Below, in pieces: positions 29,343-39,304 of a DNA stretch of 64,000 bases; the stretch's first letter is position 1, and every line of letters starts with the position of its first letter. Made by a program: the position numbers and the translations under genes. The stretch covers positions 15,562 to 79,561 of the forward strand of contig CAWDOP010000007.1 in NCBI GenBank assembly GCA_963804005.1, in the 5' to 3' direction. The notes under the pieces were generated by a model. The model saw only the letters and a program-made list of their open reading frames with translations, had not been told where the DNA came from and made no database searches. This stretch comes from an uncultured Ignavibacteriaceae bacterium (GTDB lineage Bacteria; Bacteroidota; Ignavibacteria; Ignavibacteriales; Ignavibacteriaceae).

Positions 29343-30146
29343 ATGAATAAGCCATCTAAACCAAATAAGTTATTTGCAGAGATTAAAAATCTTAAAGAAA
29401 TAATTCTTGAGATGGATAGAAAAGTAATTGTTATTTTTCTATCAATAGCAATAATTCAGACAATTTCCTGGTATTACTCTTCGCGGAGATTTTTCAGAAC
29501 TTATCTTTTTGATTCTGTTCCAGCAAACTATGATGTTTATCTTGCTGAGTATCTATATTGGTTTATAAGTGATTTTTTTACTCTATTCATTCTTAGTTTA
29601 CTAATCATCAAATTTGTTTTAAAAGAAAATCTTAGGAACTATGGACTAATCTGGGGTGAATATAAAACAGGAATTAAAATATCAGTATTATTTTTACTCG
29701 TTATGCTGCCGATTATTTGGATTGCATCTTCAACTGATAGTTTTGTTCAGAAATATCCTCATCTTCATAGTGCAAAAGAATCCTGGTGGTTATTTTTAAT
29801 TTATGAATCCGGTATGCTCATTTATATGTTTGCGTGGGAATTTATCTGGCGCGGGTTCATGCTTTTCGGACTAAAGGAAAAATTCGGATACTATGCTGTT
29901 CTGATACAAATGATTCCTTTTGTTATTTTGCACAATGGAAAACCAGAGCTTGAAACTTTTGGTGCTATTGCCGGAGGAATTGCTCTGGGAATTCTTGCTC
30001 TAAGAACAAAATCAATTTATTATTGTGTTGCTGTTCATATAAGTGTTATGTTTTTTATTGATTTTATTTCTGCTCTGAGATTCAGAGCAGATGATTATGG
30101 TATCGGACTAAATTCATTATTAAATATTATTAAAGAAATTTTCTGA
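29343..30146 (+). CDS. CPBP-family intramembrane glutamic endopeptidase (CAAX protease-like)
   Basis: 267 aa and polytopic, with motifs WEFIWRGF and HNG/VH in TM segments. Confidence 0.7.
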   Translation: MNKPSKPNKLFAEIKNLKEIILEMDRKVIVIFLSIAIIQTISWYYSSRRFFRTYLFDSVPANYDVYLAEYLYWFISDFFTLFILSLLIIKFVLKENLRNYGLIWGEYKTGIKISVLFLLVMLPIIWIASSTDSFVQKYPHLHSAKESWWLFLIYESGMLIYMFAWEFIWRGFMLFGLKEKFGYYAVLIQMIPFVILHNGKPELETFGAIAGGIALGILALRTKSIYYCVAVHISVMFFIDFISALRFRADDYGIGLNSLLNIIKEIF

Positions 30147-30153
30147 GGATAAA

Positions 30154-30867
30154 ATGAGATTAACATTAAACGTTGATCATATAGCTACTTTAAGAAATGC
30201 TCGTGGCGAAGAACAACCAGATCCTGTTACCGCTTCATTAATTGCCGAACAAGCAGGAGTAGATGGTATTGTCGTTCATCTGCGTGAAGACAGACGGCAC
30301 ATAAGTGAGCGTGATGTTCGATTACTACGTGAGCTTATCACAACAAAACTTGATCTTGAAATGGCAGCAACAGAAGAAATTATTAAAATTGCTTGTGATG
30401 TTGGTCCCGAACTGGCTACAATAGTTCCTGAAAAAAGACAAGAGCTTACTACTGAAGGCGGAATAAATGTTATTGATAATGTGTCTTTATTAAAGGATAC
30501 AATCAAAGAACTTCACAATTCTAATATTGAAGTTTCACTCTTTATTGAACCCGATCTGAATCATATTGACGTTGCAGCAGAAATAGAAACAGACTTAATT
30601 GAAATTCATACCGGTGTTTTTGCAAATGCTTTATCTGAAGAAGAGCAATTTGATGAACTGGAAAGGATTCGCATTGCATCAAAACATGCAAAAAAACTTG
30701 GACTCGGAGTGAATGCAGGACACGGATTGAACTACTGGAATATTAAAATATTCAGAGAGTTAACTGATATTGATGAAGTAAGCATCGGTCATTCAATTAT
30801 TGCCAGAGCTGTTGTAGTAGGAATTAAAGAAGCAGTGCAGGAAATGATACGGCTTCTTAAGGTTTGA
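30154..30867 (+). CDS. pdxJ: Pyridoxine 5'-phosphate synthase
   Basis: 237 aa with LNVDHIATLRNARG, HLREDRRHI and GHGLNY. Confidence 0.92.
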   Translation: MRLTLNVDHIATLRNARGEEQPDPVTASLIAEQAGVDGIVVHLREDRRHISERDVRLLRELITTKLDLEMAATEEIIKIACDVGPELATIVPEKRQELTTEGGINVIDNVSLLKDTIKELHNSNIEVSLFIEPDLNHIDVAAEIETDLIEIHTGVFANALSEEEQFDELERIRIASKHAKKLGLGVNAGHGLNYWNIKIFRELTDIDEVSIGHSIIARAVVVGIKEAVQEMIRLLKV

Positions 30868-30880
30868 TTATTTTCTTAAA

Positions 30881-31561
30881 CTAATCTTCACAGCTGCAGG
30901 AAAGTGTTTCACTTTTTGATTTTGCAAAGGATTCTTTTCCTTCTTTAAAAGCGAAGTATGCAATGCCCAATGATCCGGCAACGTCAATAAATCCAATTTG
31001 AAAAAGTTCAAACAACAAACTGGATACAAGTAGAATGATGGAGAGATGAAAACAGGTTTTTGTACACTTTGCATCAGCAATAATAGCATCTGATCTTAAT
31101 TTATTTCCTACATTCATTTTAGCGACAACCAGAAGATACATTGTAAGTAAAGATATTGCTGCTATTATTATTCCCACAATAGTTGTATCCGGTTTAGTTC
31201 CTTCAATAATATTTGTAACTGCACCGATAATCAATCCAGCGGTTAATAAGTAAAAACTTGTACCAGTGATTCTAAGAGCAGTTCTCTCAAATATATCTCT
31301 GCTTTTTACATCGCTGTCCTTTTTCATTCGTAAAACCATGTGCAAAATGCCCAGACCGGAAATAACTTCCACAAAACTATCTGCACCAAATCCAAATAAT
31401 GCTAATGTTTCATCCTGCAATCCAAAGAATACTGAAATCGTTCCTTCAATCAGATTGTAAATAATAGTAATCAGGCTGAGTATCAATGCGATAGTCACTA
31501 ATCTTTTATATTTAACATTCATCTGTTCCATTTCCTCAATATTTTTTTCTGATGTAAACAT
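30881..31561 (-). CDS. Cation transporter (CDF-like membrane domain, no obvious cytoplasmic C-terminal domain)
   Basis: 226 aa with six hydrophobic segments, FGFGADSFVE-type acidic TM motifs and a Cys-rich tail SCSCED. Confidence 0.6.
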   Translation of the reverse strand: MFTSEKNIEEMEQMNVKYKRLVTIALILSLITIIYNLIEGTISVFFGLQDETLALFGFGADSFVEVISGLGILHMVLRMKKDSDVKSRDIFERTALRITGTSFYLLTAGLIIGAVTNIIEGTKPDTTIVGIIIAAISLLTMYLLVVAKMNVGNKLRSDAIIADAKCTKTCFHLSIILLVSSLLFELFQIGFIDVAGSLGIAYFAFKEGKESFAKSKSETLSCSCED

Positions 31562-31723
31562 TTTTAACGATATTCAAAAGCTAAAATAATCAAACAAAAA
31601 AGTTGGTATAATATTTTACGATACTTAAAAACAAGTAGTATTCTCGCTACAAAATAAAAATTATTTTTTGAATATTTTATTTATAGTCTTGAATTGAACA
31701 AAATCAAAACTTATCTTTACAAC

Positions 31724-31800
31724 GCAGCATGCAGAAGGTTTACCCCCAGACCTTTTGTATGGGCAGACCCGGTGGCTTCGGTCATCGGGTTCCTTTTTTT
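31724..31800 (+). ncRNA. Candidate small RNA (~75 nt) with its own promoter-like element and terminator
   Basis: TTGAAT (31689-31694), a 17-nt spacer and TATCTT (31712-31717). A small hairpin AAGGT/ACCTT follows, then a strong terminator at 31767-31800. There is no plausible + strand CDS. Unverified. Confidence 0.25.
31767..31800 (+). terminator. Strong intrinsic terminator hairpin (+ orientation)
   Basis: A 10-bp stem (two G-U pairs) pairs ACCCGGTGGC with GTCATCGGGT around a TTCG tetraloop. It is followed by TCCTTTTTTT. There is no T-tract in the minus orientation. Confidence 0.6.
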
Positions 31801-31808
31801 AAAGCTAT

Positions 31809-32174
31809 TTATTTACTATCTCTATTAACAGTCTCAGGACTAAAAGCTGGCAAACAAACTGCAATATACTCTGCGCCCTCATTAAAGGGTGTGCTGTATC
31901 TTACCCATTCATTTTTAGAAGCAATTACTGCTTGACCAGCTTTAACATCAACAAAACCTTTATCATATTCAACTCTTAGAATTCCGTTGAGTACAATTGT
32001 AAATTCATCGAACTTTGGTTTTTGTCCGGGCTCAATCCATCCGGAAGGACTTTTCATTTTAGCAATACTCAAATCAATATTCTTAGTATTTACTCTTCCG
32101 ACAAATTCTTCAATCACCTTTGGTTTATTTCCTGTTGATTCTATGATAGAAGGGGACTGTATAAAGGTTGGCAT
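31809..32174 (-). CDS. Cupin domain protein
   Basis: 121 aa with a small beta-barrel signature (GW..PG...FDEFTIVL.G.L.V....G). Function unknown. Confidence 0.65.
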   Translation of the reverse strand: MPTFIQSPSIIESTGNKPKVIEEFVGRVNTKNIDLSIAKMKSPSGWIEPGQKPKFDEFTIVLNGILRVEYDKGFVDVKAGQAVIASKNEWVRYSTPFNEGAEYIAVCLPAFSPETVNRDSK

Positions 32175-32323
32175 TTTTTCCTCGATTGTTTAGATAAAAT
32201 CTTAATTGCAAGATAATTATATTTTATAAATGTCATTAACAATTTAAATTTCCAACAATATTCAGTTTTAAGATTTAATAGACTAACTTTGTTTATATTT
32301 TCAAAATTACTTAGGAGGAAAAT

Positions 32324-33853
32324 TTGGCAGCAAAATCCTTAGCATCAAGAATTTTTAATAAATCGCTCGATTACATCGAAATAGTCGGAAACAAACTTCC
32401 GCATCCGGCAACTCTATTTGGTCTTCTAGCCTTAATGGTAGCTGCTGCTTCCTGGATGGGAGATTTTTTTTCATACACAGCTATTCATCCTGGCGACGGT
32501 TCCACTATTCATGTTAGAAGTCTTCTAAATGGTGATGGAATTAGATGGATTTACACAAACGTTGTTCACAACTTTGTAAATTTTCCTCCACTCGGTTATG
32601 TTCTTGCTGTTATGGTAGGGATTGGAGTAGCTGAAGGTTCAGGTTTGTTTAATACCATGATTCGTGCTTTAGTTATTAAAGCTCCTCCGAAATTAATTAC
32701 AGGAGCAATCGTGTTTGCCGGGGTTCTTTCGCATCTTGCTTCAGAAGCAGGTTATGTGATCTTAATTCCTTTAGGTGCCACGATTTTTTATGCCCTAGGT
32801 AGACACCCTATGGCTGGTTTAGCAGCGGCATTTTGCGGCGTTTCCGGTGGATTTGGAGCCAATTTTCTTATTGGTTCAGTTGATCCTATTCTTGCCGGAC
32901 TTTCTGAATCGGCCGCTCAGATAATTGATCCCAGTATGAAAATTAATGCTGCGGTGAATTTTTATTTTATGTTCGCATCTGCATTTATGATTGTAATTGT
33001 TGGAACGTGGGTAACCGAAAAAATTGTCGAGCCAAGGCTTAAAAAATATCAGGGTACTGCAGAAAAGATACCCGTTAATGATATAACCGATACAGAAAAA
33101 AAGGCACTAAAGTGGGCTGGAATTAGTTTATTACTAATAATTATTGCACTGGCTTTCACTGTTATTCCAGAGAACGGTTTATTCAGAAATCCCGATACTA
33201 ATGCCATTCTTCACTCGCCTTTTTTCGATGGAATTATAACTGGAATATTGGTTTTCTTCTTAGTTCCCGGATTGGTTTATGGAGTAATTGTTAAATCAAT
33301 TAAAAATGATAAAGATTTTATGAGGCACATTATAAAATCAATGGGAACACTTGCTACATATATTGTCCTGGTATTTTTTGCTGCTCAGTTCGTTTACTTT
33401 TTCCGTTACAGTAACTTAGGATTAATATTTGCGATTGATGGAGCTGGCTTCTTAAAAAGTATCGGATTAACGGGAATTCCGTTAATTGCTGCATTTGTTC
33501 TGCTTGCAGCATTCATAAATATGTTTATGGGAAGTGCATCTGCCAAATGGGCAATTATGGCACCGGTATTTATTCCAATGTTTATGCTTTTAGGATACCA
33601 TCCTGCGTTAACTCAAGCAGCATTCAGAATTGGTGATTCAATTACAAATTTAATTACACCGATGATGAGTTATTTTGCTTTGATTGTTGCATTTGCTCAA
33701 AAGTACGATGAAGATTATGGAATCGGTACAATAATATCTACAATGATTCCGTACACGGTTGTCTTAACCGTCTTATGGATAGCAATTCTGGTAATATGGA
33801 TGCTTCTTGGGCTTCCACTTGGACCTGATGGACCGCTCTATTTAGGAGTATAA
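32324..33853 (+). CDS. AbgT-family transporter (p-aminobenzoyl-glutamate transporter family)
   Basis: 509 aa, polytopic, with the family-typical N-terminus IE.VGNKLPHP..LF and matching length. TTG start 5 nt after AGGAGG. Confidence 0.8.
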   Translation: MAAKSLASRIFNKSLDYIEIVGNKLPHPATLFGLLALMVAAASWMGDFFSYTAIHPGDGSTIHVRSLLNGDGIRWIYTNVVHNFVNFPPLGYVLAVMVGIGVAEGSGLFNTMIRALVIKAPPKLITGAIVFAGVLSHLASEAGYVILIPLGATIFYALGRHPMAGLAAAFCGVSGGFGANFLIGSVDPILAGLSESAAQIIDPSMKINAAVNFYFMFASAFMIVIVGTWVTEKIVEPRLKKYQGTAEKIPVNDITDTEKKALKWAGISLLLIIIALAFTVIPENGLFRNPDTNAILHSPFFDGIITGILVFFLVPGLVYGVIVKSIKNDKDFMRHIIKSMGTLATYIVLVFFAAQFVYFFRYSNLGLIFAIDGAGFLKSIGLTGIPLIAAFVLLAAFINMFMGSASAKWAIMAPVFIPMFMLLGYHPALTQAAFRIGDSITNLITPMMSYFALIVAFAQKYDEDYGIGTIISTMIPYTVVLTVLWIAILVIWMLLGLPLGPDGPLYLGV

Positions 33854-34047
33854 TTTTTTTACAGCTTCTTCGCTTTTTATAGCTCTGATTTTTAAGAAAG
33901 TGAAGAAGCTGATCATTTGCCCAAGAAATTATTTAATTTTAATTCTCTAATAATTTCTCATCATTTAGATTATCATTTAGCTCGTATAAACAATATTTTA
34001 AAGTATTCAATTTTTATGTAGTAAGAATACTTCTCATCGGAGCGATT

Positions 34048-36018
34048 ATGCAATACAATATCATCAAGAAATCGGAGTTTGATAAAGTTAAAGTATACAA
34101 CGGCGACTGGGTTACTAAAATGAAACTGTTTGCTGATATGTGTAGATATAACACATTGGTTGCAGTTAAGAAAGCAGGATCGGGGCATCTTGGCTCAAGT
34201 CTTAGTGCAATTGATATTACAACTTACCTTTACCTGAACGAGATGAATGTATTTGACGTAGGATTTGATTCTCATGATAGAGACATTTATTTCTCTTCAA
34301 AAGGTCACGATGTTCCTGGTTTGTACTCGTTGTTTTATGCACTAGGAATTATTCCAGAAGAAAAGTTATTACTGTTAAGAAGATTGCACGGGCTTGATGG
34401 TCATCCCGAAGTTCGACAACCTGGAATTGAAGCTAGTACTGGCTCACTCGGGATGGGAATCTCAAAGGGAAAGGGAATGGCGTGGGCAAAATCATATAAT
34501 AAAAATAAAGGTCACGTTTATGTGCTTACAGGTGATGGGGAATTTCAGGAAGGACAGATTTATGAATCGCTGCAAGCTACGGCTCACCAAAAAGTAAATA
34601 ACATTACAGCGATAATGGATCACAACAAATATCAAACAGATATGCTTGTTGCCGATGTGAATAATATTGAAGATGTTGTTAATAAAGTCTCCGCGTTTGG
34701 ATGGCATGTTATAAGAATTAACGGACACGATTACAATATTCTCAAAAAAACTTTTGATGATTTGAAAAAAGTTACAAATAAACCTAAGATGATAATTGCG
34801 GATACAATCAAAGGAAGGGGAGTTTCATTTATGGAAAAACCTGAGGTTGAAACTTTCGCAGGTAAAACACTATATAAATGGCACTCAGGTGCTCCTGATG
34901 ATGAAAGTTACATTAAAGGATTGGATGAGTTAACTGAAAAGATTAATAAACTTACTGAAAAACTTGGAATCGGTAAGATTGAAATTCCAAAAAATAAAGC
35001 AGAAGGTAAGCCTATTACAAAACTTGATAAAGAATTTGTTACTGAGGCTTATGGTGATGCTCTTTGCGAAATGGCCAAAACAAATAAGAAACTTGTTGTT
35101 TTAGATGGAGATCTTTCTGCTGATTGTAAGCTTAGAAAATTTGAAAAAATGTATCCTAATCGTTTTATTGAAAATGGAATAGCTGAACAGGATATGGTTT
35201 CTATGGCTGGAGGATTAGCGAGAATGGGATTGATACCTGTTGTAAATACTTTTGCAAGTTTTCTTGCAGCAAGAGCTAACGAGCAGATTTATAATAACGC
35301 TGGTGAAAAAACAAAGATTGTTTACACCTGCCATTTTTCAGGAATGATTCCAGCAGGACCGGGCAAATCTCATCAAAGTGTTAGAGATATTTCTTTGTTT
35401 GGGGCATTACCAAATGTTACTATTATTCAACCTTGTAATGGTGAAGAAACAAAGTGGGCAACGGAATATTGTGTGAATGAAGCTGTGGAGAATTGTGTTC
35501 TAAGATTAGTTATTGGTCCATCACCGGAAAAAATTGAATTGCCAAAAAATTATAAATTTAAAGTTGGAGTCGGAGCGGAATTAACTGAAGGCAAAGATGC
35601 AATATTATTTGGGTACGGTCCAGTTATGCTTCACGAAGCATTGGTTGCTGCGGATTATTTGAAAAAAATTGACTTTGGTTTGAAAGTAATCAATATGCCC
35701 TGGTTAAATAAGATTGATAAAAATTGGTTGTCATCAGTTACAAAAAATTACAAAAAGATTTTTGTTTTAGAAGACCATTCGGCGATTGGCGGATTGGGTG
35801 ATAGAATTCTGAATGCTTTGGTTAAATTAAAAGAATTAGATGGTAAAGAATTTACAAACTTTGGGCTTAAAGAATATCCCGAATGCGGAACTCCACTTGA
35901 AGTATTAGAATTTCATAAACTTGATGGAAAATCTTTATCGGAAAGAATTTCAGGTGTTAAAGATATTGAAACGACTGATTCAGTTAAACAAAAATATACT
36001 ACAGATGCACCTCAGTAA
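34048..36018 (+). CDS. Transketolase-family protein (TPP-binding N-terminal module fused to the pyrimidine-binding and C-terminal modules)
   Basis: 656 aa with GSGHLGSSLS, GDGEFQEGQ, a GIAEQDMV-type Pyr domain and a C-terminal domain. Confidence 0.8.
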   Translation: MQYNIIKKSEFDKVKVYNGDWVTKMKLFADMCRYNTLVAVKKAGSGHLGSSLSAIDITTYLYLNEMNVFDVGFDSHDRDIYFSSKGHDVPGLYSLFYALGIIPEEKLLLLRRLHGLDGHPEVRQPGIEASTGSLGMGISKGKGMAWAKSYNKNKGHVYVLTGDGEFQEGQIYESLQATAHQKVNNITAIMDHNKYQTDMLVADVNNIEDVVNKVSAFGWHVIRINGHDYNILKKTFDDLKKVTNKPKMIIADTIKGRGVSFMEKPEVETFAGKTLYKWHSGAPDDESYIKGLDELTEKINKLTEKLGIGKIEIPKNKAEGKPITKLDKEFVTEAYGDALCEMAKTNKKLVVLDGDLSADCKLRKFEKMYPNRFIENGIAEQDMVSMAGGLARMGLIPVVNTFASFLAARANEQIYNNAGEKTKIVYTCHFSGMIPAGPGKSHQSVRDISLFGALPNVTIIQPCNGEETKWATEYCVNEAVENCVLRLVIGPSPEKIELPKNYKFKVGVGAELTEGKDAILFGYGPVMLHEALVAADYLKKIDFGLKVINMPWLNKIDKNWLSSVTKNYKKIFVLEDHSAIGGLGDRILNALVKLKELDGKEFTNFGLKEYPECGTPLEVLEFHKLDGKSLSERISGVKDIETTDSVKQKYTTDAPQ

Positions 36019-36030
36019 AATTATTCTAAG

Positions 36031-36056
36031 TAGAGACGCAGCATACAGCGTCTCTA
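36031..36056. terminator. Hairpin between convergent genes (possible bidirectional terminator)
   Basis: Stem TAGAGACGC/GCGTCTCTA with an 8-nt loop. No clear T-tract on either side. Confidence 0.35.
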
Positions 36057-36059
36057 GAA

Positions 36060-36515
36060 TTAAATTTTAACCTTCACCACAACTTTTTTCACAAATGACT
36101 TATCATCAATTTTAATTCCGGGCATATGAATGTCCTCTGGGAAAAATATTGCAAACATTCCTTCATCAACTTTTACAAATGATTTCTCGCCACTAAAAAA
36201 TATAATATCATATTGCTCGTTGTATTCATCAATAACTTTTTGATTTTCTAACGGAGCATAACCCATTAGCTCTTTCCCCTTAGCAACAAACTGGACATCA
36301 ATATACTTTTTATGTGCTTCAAGCTTTCCTTCACTTTCGTCTTTTGTATTATACTCATTTACCAGAGCAAAAATATCTTCCCCATCAATTTCATATTTGC
36401 CGAGTTCCATTTCAGAGAAATCGTTGTTCTTTAGATAATCAAATGCTTTATTAATTCTTTCTCCTAATCCTGAATAAAGATGTGAGTTGGAGAGTTTATC
36501 AATGATCATTCTCAT
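36060..36515 (-). CDS. YhcH/YjgK/YiaL-family protein (DUF386)
   Basis: 151 aa with family-typical features: the GKYEIDGEDIFA.V..Y.T segment and the EAHKKYIDVQ motif. Confidence 0.7.
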   Translation of the reverse strand: MRMIIDKLSNSHLYSGLGERINKAFDYLKNNDFSEMELGKYEIDGEDIFALVNEYNTKDESEGKLEAHKKYIDVQFVAKGKELMGYAPLENQKVIDEYNEQYDIIFFSGEKSFVKVDEGMFAIFFPEDIHMPGIKIDDKSFVKKVVVKVKI

Positions 36516-36542
36516 ACGTTTTTTTAATTAAATGATTTTGAA

Positions 36543-36577
36543 GAAAATAAAAGAGTCATCGATCTTCGATGACTCTT
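36543..36577 (-). terminator. Rho-independent terminator (minus strand)
   Basis: A 12-bp stem AAGAGTCATCGA/TCGATGACTCTT is followed on the minus strand by TTTTATTTT. Confidence 0.6.
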
Positions 36578-36590
36578 GCTAATTAGATTA

Positions 36591-37912
36591 TTACTTAATA
36601 ATTTTCTTTTCTCTTAGTACTGTCTCAATCGTTATTGCACCAATTTCCTGCAAATCATATTTTACGCGTGTGCTTGGTTTTTTAATATTAATATATCTGC
36701 TAAGATCAATCGGAGTTCCGATTACAACTGCATCACATTTTGTGTTGTTGATAGTTGTTTCAAGATCTTTTAATTGTGCTGCACCGTATCCCATTGCAGG
36801 AAGAAGTACGCCTATGTTCGGATATTTTTCAAATGTTTCCGTTATAGATTTTACAGTATAAGGTCTCGGATCAACAAGTTCTTTTGCACCTAATTTTCTG
36901 CTGCAACAACACCGGCACCATATTTCATTTCGCCGTGAGTAAGTGTTGGACCATCTTCAACAACAAGAACTCTCTTGCCCCTTATCAATTCAGGTTTTTC
37001 AACTGTAACGGGAGAAGCACCTTCAATTATAGTTGCTTTTGGATTTACTTTTCTAATGTTATCTCTAACCAAATTAATACCTGCATTATCAGCAGAATCA
37101 ATTTTGTTAATCACAACTGCATCAGCTAATCTTAAAGAGGTGTTCCCGGGATAATATCTCATTTCGTGTCCTGCTCTATGCGGATCAACAACTGTGAAAG
37201 TTACATCAGCTTTATAAAATGAGAAATCGTTATTGCCGCCATCCCACAAAATAATATCAGCTTCTTTTTCTGCTTCGCGTAAAATAGCTTCATAATCTAC
37301 ACCGGAATAAATAACTCCGCCTCTTGCAATATGTGGTTCGTATTCTTCAATTTCTTCAATTGTACATTTGTGTTTTTTAAGATCGGCGTAAGTTGCAAAG
37401 CGCTGAACTTTTTGTTTTACAAGGTCACCGTAAGGCATTGGATGGCGAATTGCAACAACTTTTTTCCCCGCTGCTGTTAATACTTCAACTATTTTGCGTG
37501 ATGTTTGAGATTTACCGCAGCCAGTTCTTACAGCCAGAACAGCAATTAAAGGTTTTTTGCTTTTAACTTCAGTTTCGGCGGCGCCAAGTAAACGGAAAGA
37601 AATTCCTGCAGCATTAACAATAGAAGCTTTTGTCATAACATATTCAAATGGAACATCTGAATACGAGAATACAACCTCATCAACTTTTAATTTTTTAATT
37701 AATGATTCTAATTCTTTTTCTTCATAAATCTTTATTCCTTTAGGATAAAGTTTTCCTGCAAGTTCTTTCGGGTAAGTCCTTCCTTCAATATTTGGAATTT
37801 GTGTTGCGGTGAAAGCGACAACATTGTAATCTTTGTTGTCTCTGAAGAAAACGTTAAAGTTATGAAAATCGCGTCCTGCTGCGCCCATAATTAACACGTT
37901 TTTGCGAGCCAT
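36591..37912 (-). pseudogene. COG2403-family P-loop protein (annotated elsewhere as predicted GTPase / cyclic 2,3-diphosphoglycerate synthetase-like), interrupted by one frameshift
   Basis: The N-terminal 340-aa ORF (Walker A TGCGKSQT) ends at ...GVVAAEN*. The continuation (K)LGAKELVDPRPYTVKSITETFEKYPNIGVLLPAMGYGAAQL... lies in another frame. One extra A in the A4 run (+ strand TTTT 36894-36897) restores a single ~440-aa ORF. Total length is 1322 nt, which is 3n-1. Confidence 0.75.
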
Positions 37913-38119
37913 AGAAATACTCTCCTTTGTGCTTTTATTTTGTGTATATATTTTTATTGATGAATATGTATTCTGAATTAATTAAAAATTACGTGTAAAA
38001 TTAAGGGTTTTTATCCAGAAATAGGAATTAATTCGGTGAAAATCGTTTGGAGTTGGTAAAAATTAACTTAAACGAATAAAAAGAAATTCTTGAATTTAAA
38101 AATTTATCAAGTATATAAT

Positions 38120-38142
38120 AAAAAAGGAGACCGAAGTCTCCC
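38120..38142 (-). terminator. Rho-independent terminator after the oxidoreductase gene
   Basis: On the minus strand, GGAGAC-TTCG-GTCTCC is followed by TTTTTT. Confidence 0.7.
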
Positions 38143-38276
38143 TGAATATTCGAGAGAATAAATTAAGATTTAACTTTTAAATCATTCTTCACTTGTAGCC
38201 TCAAACAAAAGTCTGCAACTGACGGTGTGCCTTATATTGTGCGTATGTCAGCTTTCAAAAATCTTCCAATAATCTT

Positions 38277-39263
38277 TTATTCATTACTTTTTTGTCCTAT
38301 AGTTATAACTACTTTTCCTCTTGCGTGTCCTTCTTCAAGATACCGGATAGCTTCAGGAACTTCACTTAACGAATAACATTTGTCAATAACTGGTTTTATT
38401 TTGCCAGCCTCAAGAAGATCTTTGAGCAGAAGCAGATCTTTTTTGTTTGGTTTCGCCGCTCCTAACCCAATTATTTTCTTGTTCCCGGTCATTGAAATCA
38501 ATTGTCCCAGGAACATCTGCTGAAACATACGAGACACAGAAGAAAATCCGACTATGACACAAATTCCATTCGGACTTAAGGCACGTTTAAGATTATTAAC
38601 CGAACGATTTGCAACATTATCAATAATCAGGTCATAACGCTGATTGGTATTGGTAAAATCTTCTTTGGTATAATCAATAACTTTATCTGCGCCAATCGAA
38701 CGCACCAGGTCCAGATTCCATGTACTGCAAACACCGGTAACTTCTGCACCGAAATATTTTGCAAGCTGAACTGCAAATGTTCCCACACCACCCGACGCAC
38801 CATTAATTAAAACTTTTTGTCCGGACTGAATATTTCCTTTATTGCGAAGAGCCTGGAGTGCGGTGATTCCTGCTACGAATATAGTCGCGGCTTCTTCGAA
38901 AGAAATATTAGCTGGTTTCAGTACCAATCTATTTTCCGTAATGCATACATATTCGGCAAAGGCGCCACCCCAACCGCAGTCTCCGAATACCTCATCTCCC
39001 GGATGAAACTCTTTTACATTTTTGCCAACTGCTTCTATCTTACCTGCAATGTCAATTCCCGGAATTATATTTTTTGGTTTAGTGAGTCCGAAAACCAGGC
39101 GGGCAAATTTGGGTTCTCCTCTTATCATATGCCAGTCGGCTGGATTTGCCGAAGCTGCAAAAACTTTTACCAGCACTTCATTGTCTTTGGGAACAGGTTT
39201 TTCAACTTCTTTGAGTTGAAGAACTTCCGGTGAGCCGTATTTTGTGTAGATGATTGCTTTCAT
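38277..39263 (-). CDS. NAD(P)-dependent medium-chain dehydrogenase/reductase (quinone oxidoreductase / alcohol dehydrogenase-like)
   Basis: 328 aa with a GroES-like N-terminal domain and nucleotide motif GASGGVG. Confidence 0.85.
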   Translation of the reverse strand: MKAIIYTKYGSPEVLQLKEVEKPVPKDNEVLVKVFAASANPADWHMIRGEPKFARLVFGLTKPKNIIPGIDIAGKIEAVGKNVKEFHPGDEVFGDCGWGGAFAEYVCITENRLVLKPANISFEEAATIFVAGITALQALRNKGNIQSGQKVLINGASGGVGTFAVQLAKYFGAEVTGVCSTWNLDLVRSIGADKVIDYTKEDFTNTNQRYDLIIDNVANRSVNNLKRALSPNGICVIVGFSSVSRMFQQMFLGQLISMTGNKKIIGLGAAKPNKKDLLLLKDLLEAGKIKPVIDKCYSLSEVPEAIRYLEEGHARGKVVITIGQKSNE

Positions 39264-39304
39264 TGGAAGCTACAAACTTAATTGAGTTAGCGATTTTGTG
39301 TTCA

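Noticed and set aside
31729-31935. A 68-aa + strand ORF
   Set aside because: It runs straight through the strong terminator hairpin and then antisense into the cupin gene. It has no RBS, and the region is better explained as non-coding RNA or terminator.
33862-33911. An inverted repeat CAGCTTCTTC...GAAGAAGCTG after the AbgT-family gene as a terminator
   Set aside because: The arms are separated by a ~28-nt loop and no T-tract follows. It may form a structure, but the evidence for a terminator or regulatory element is weak.
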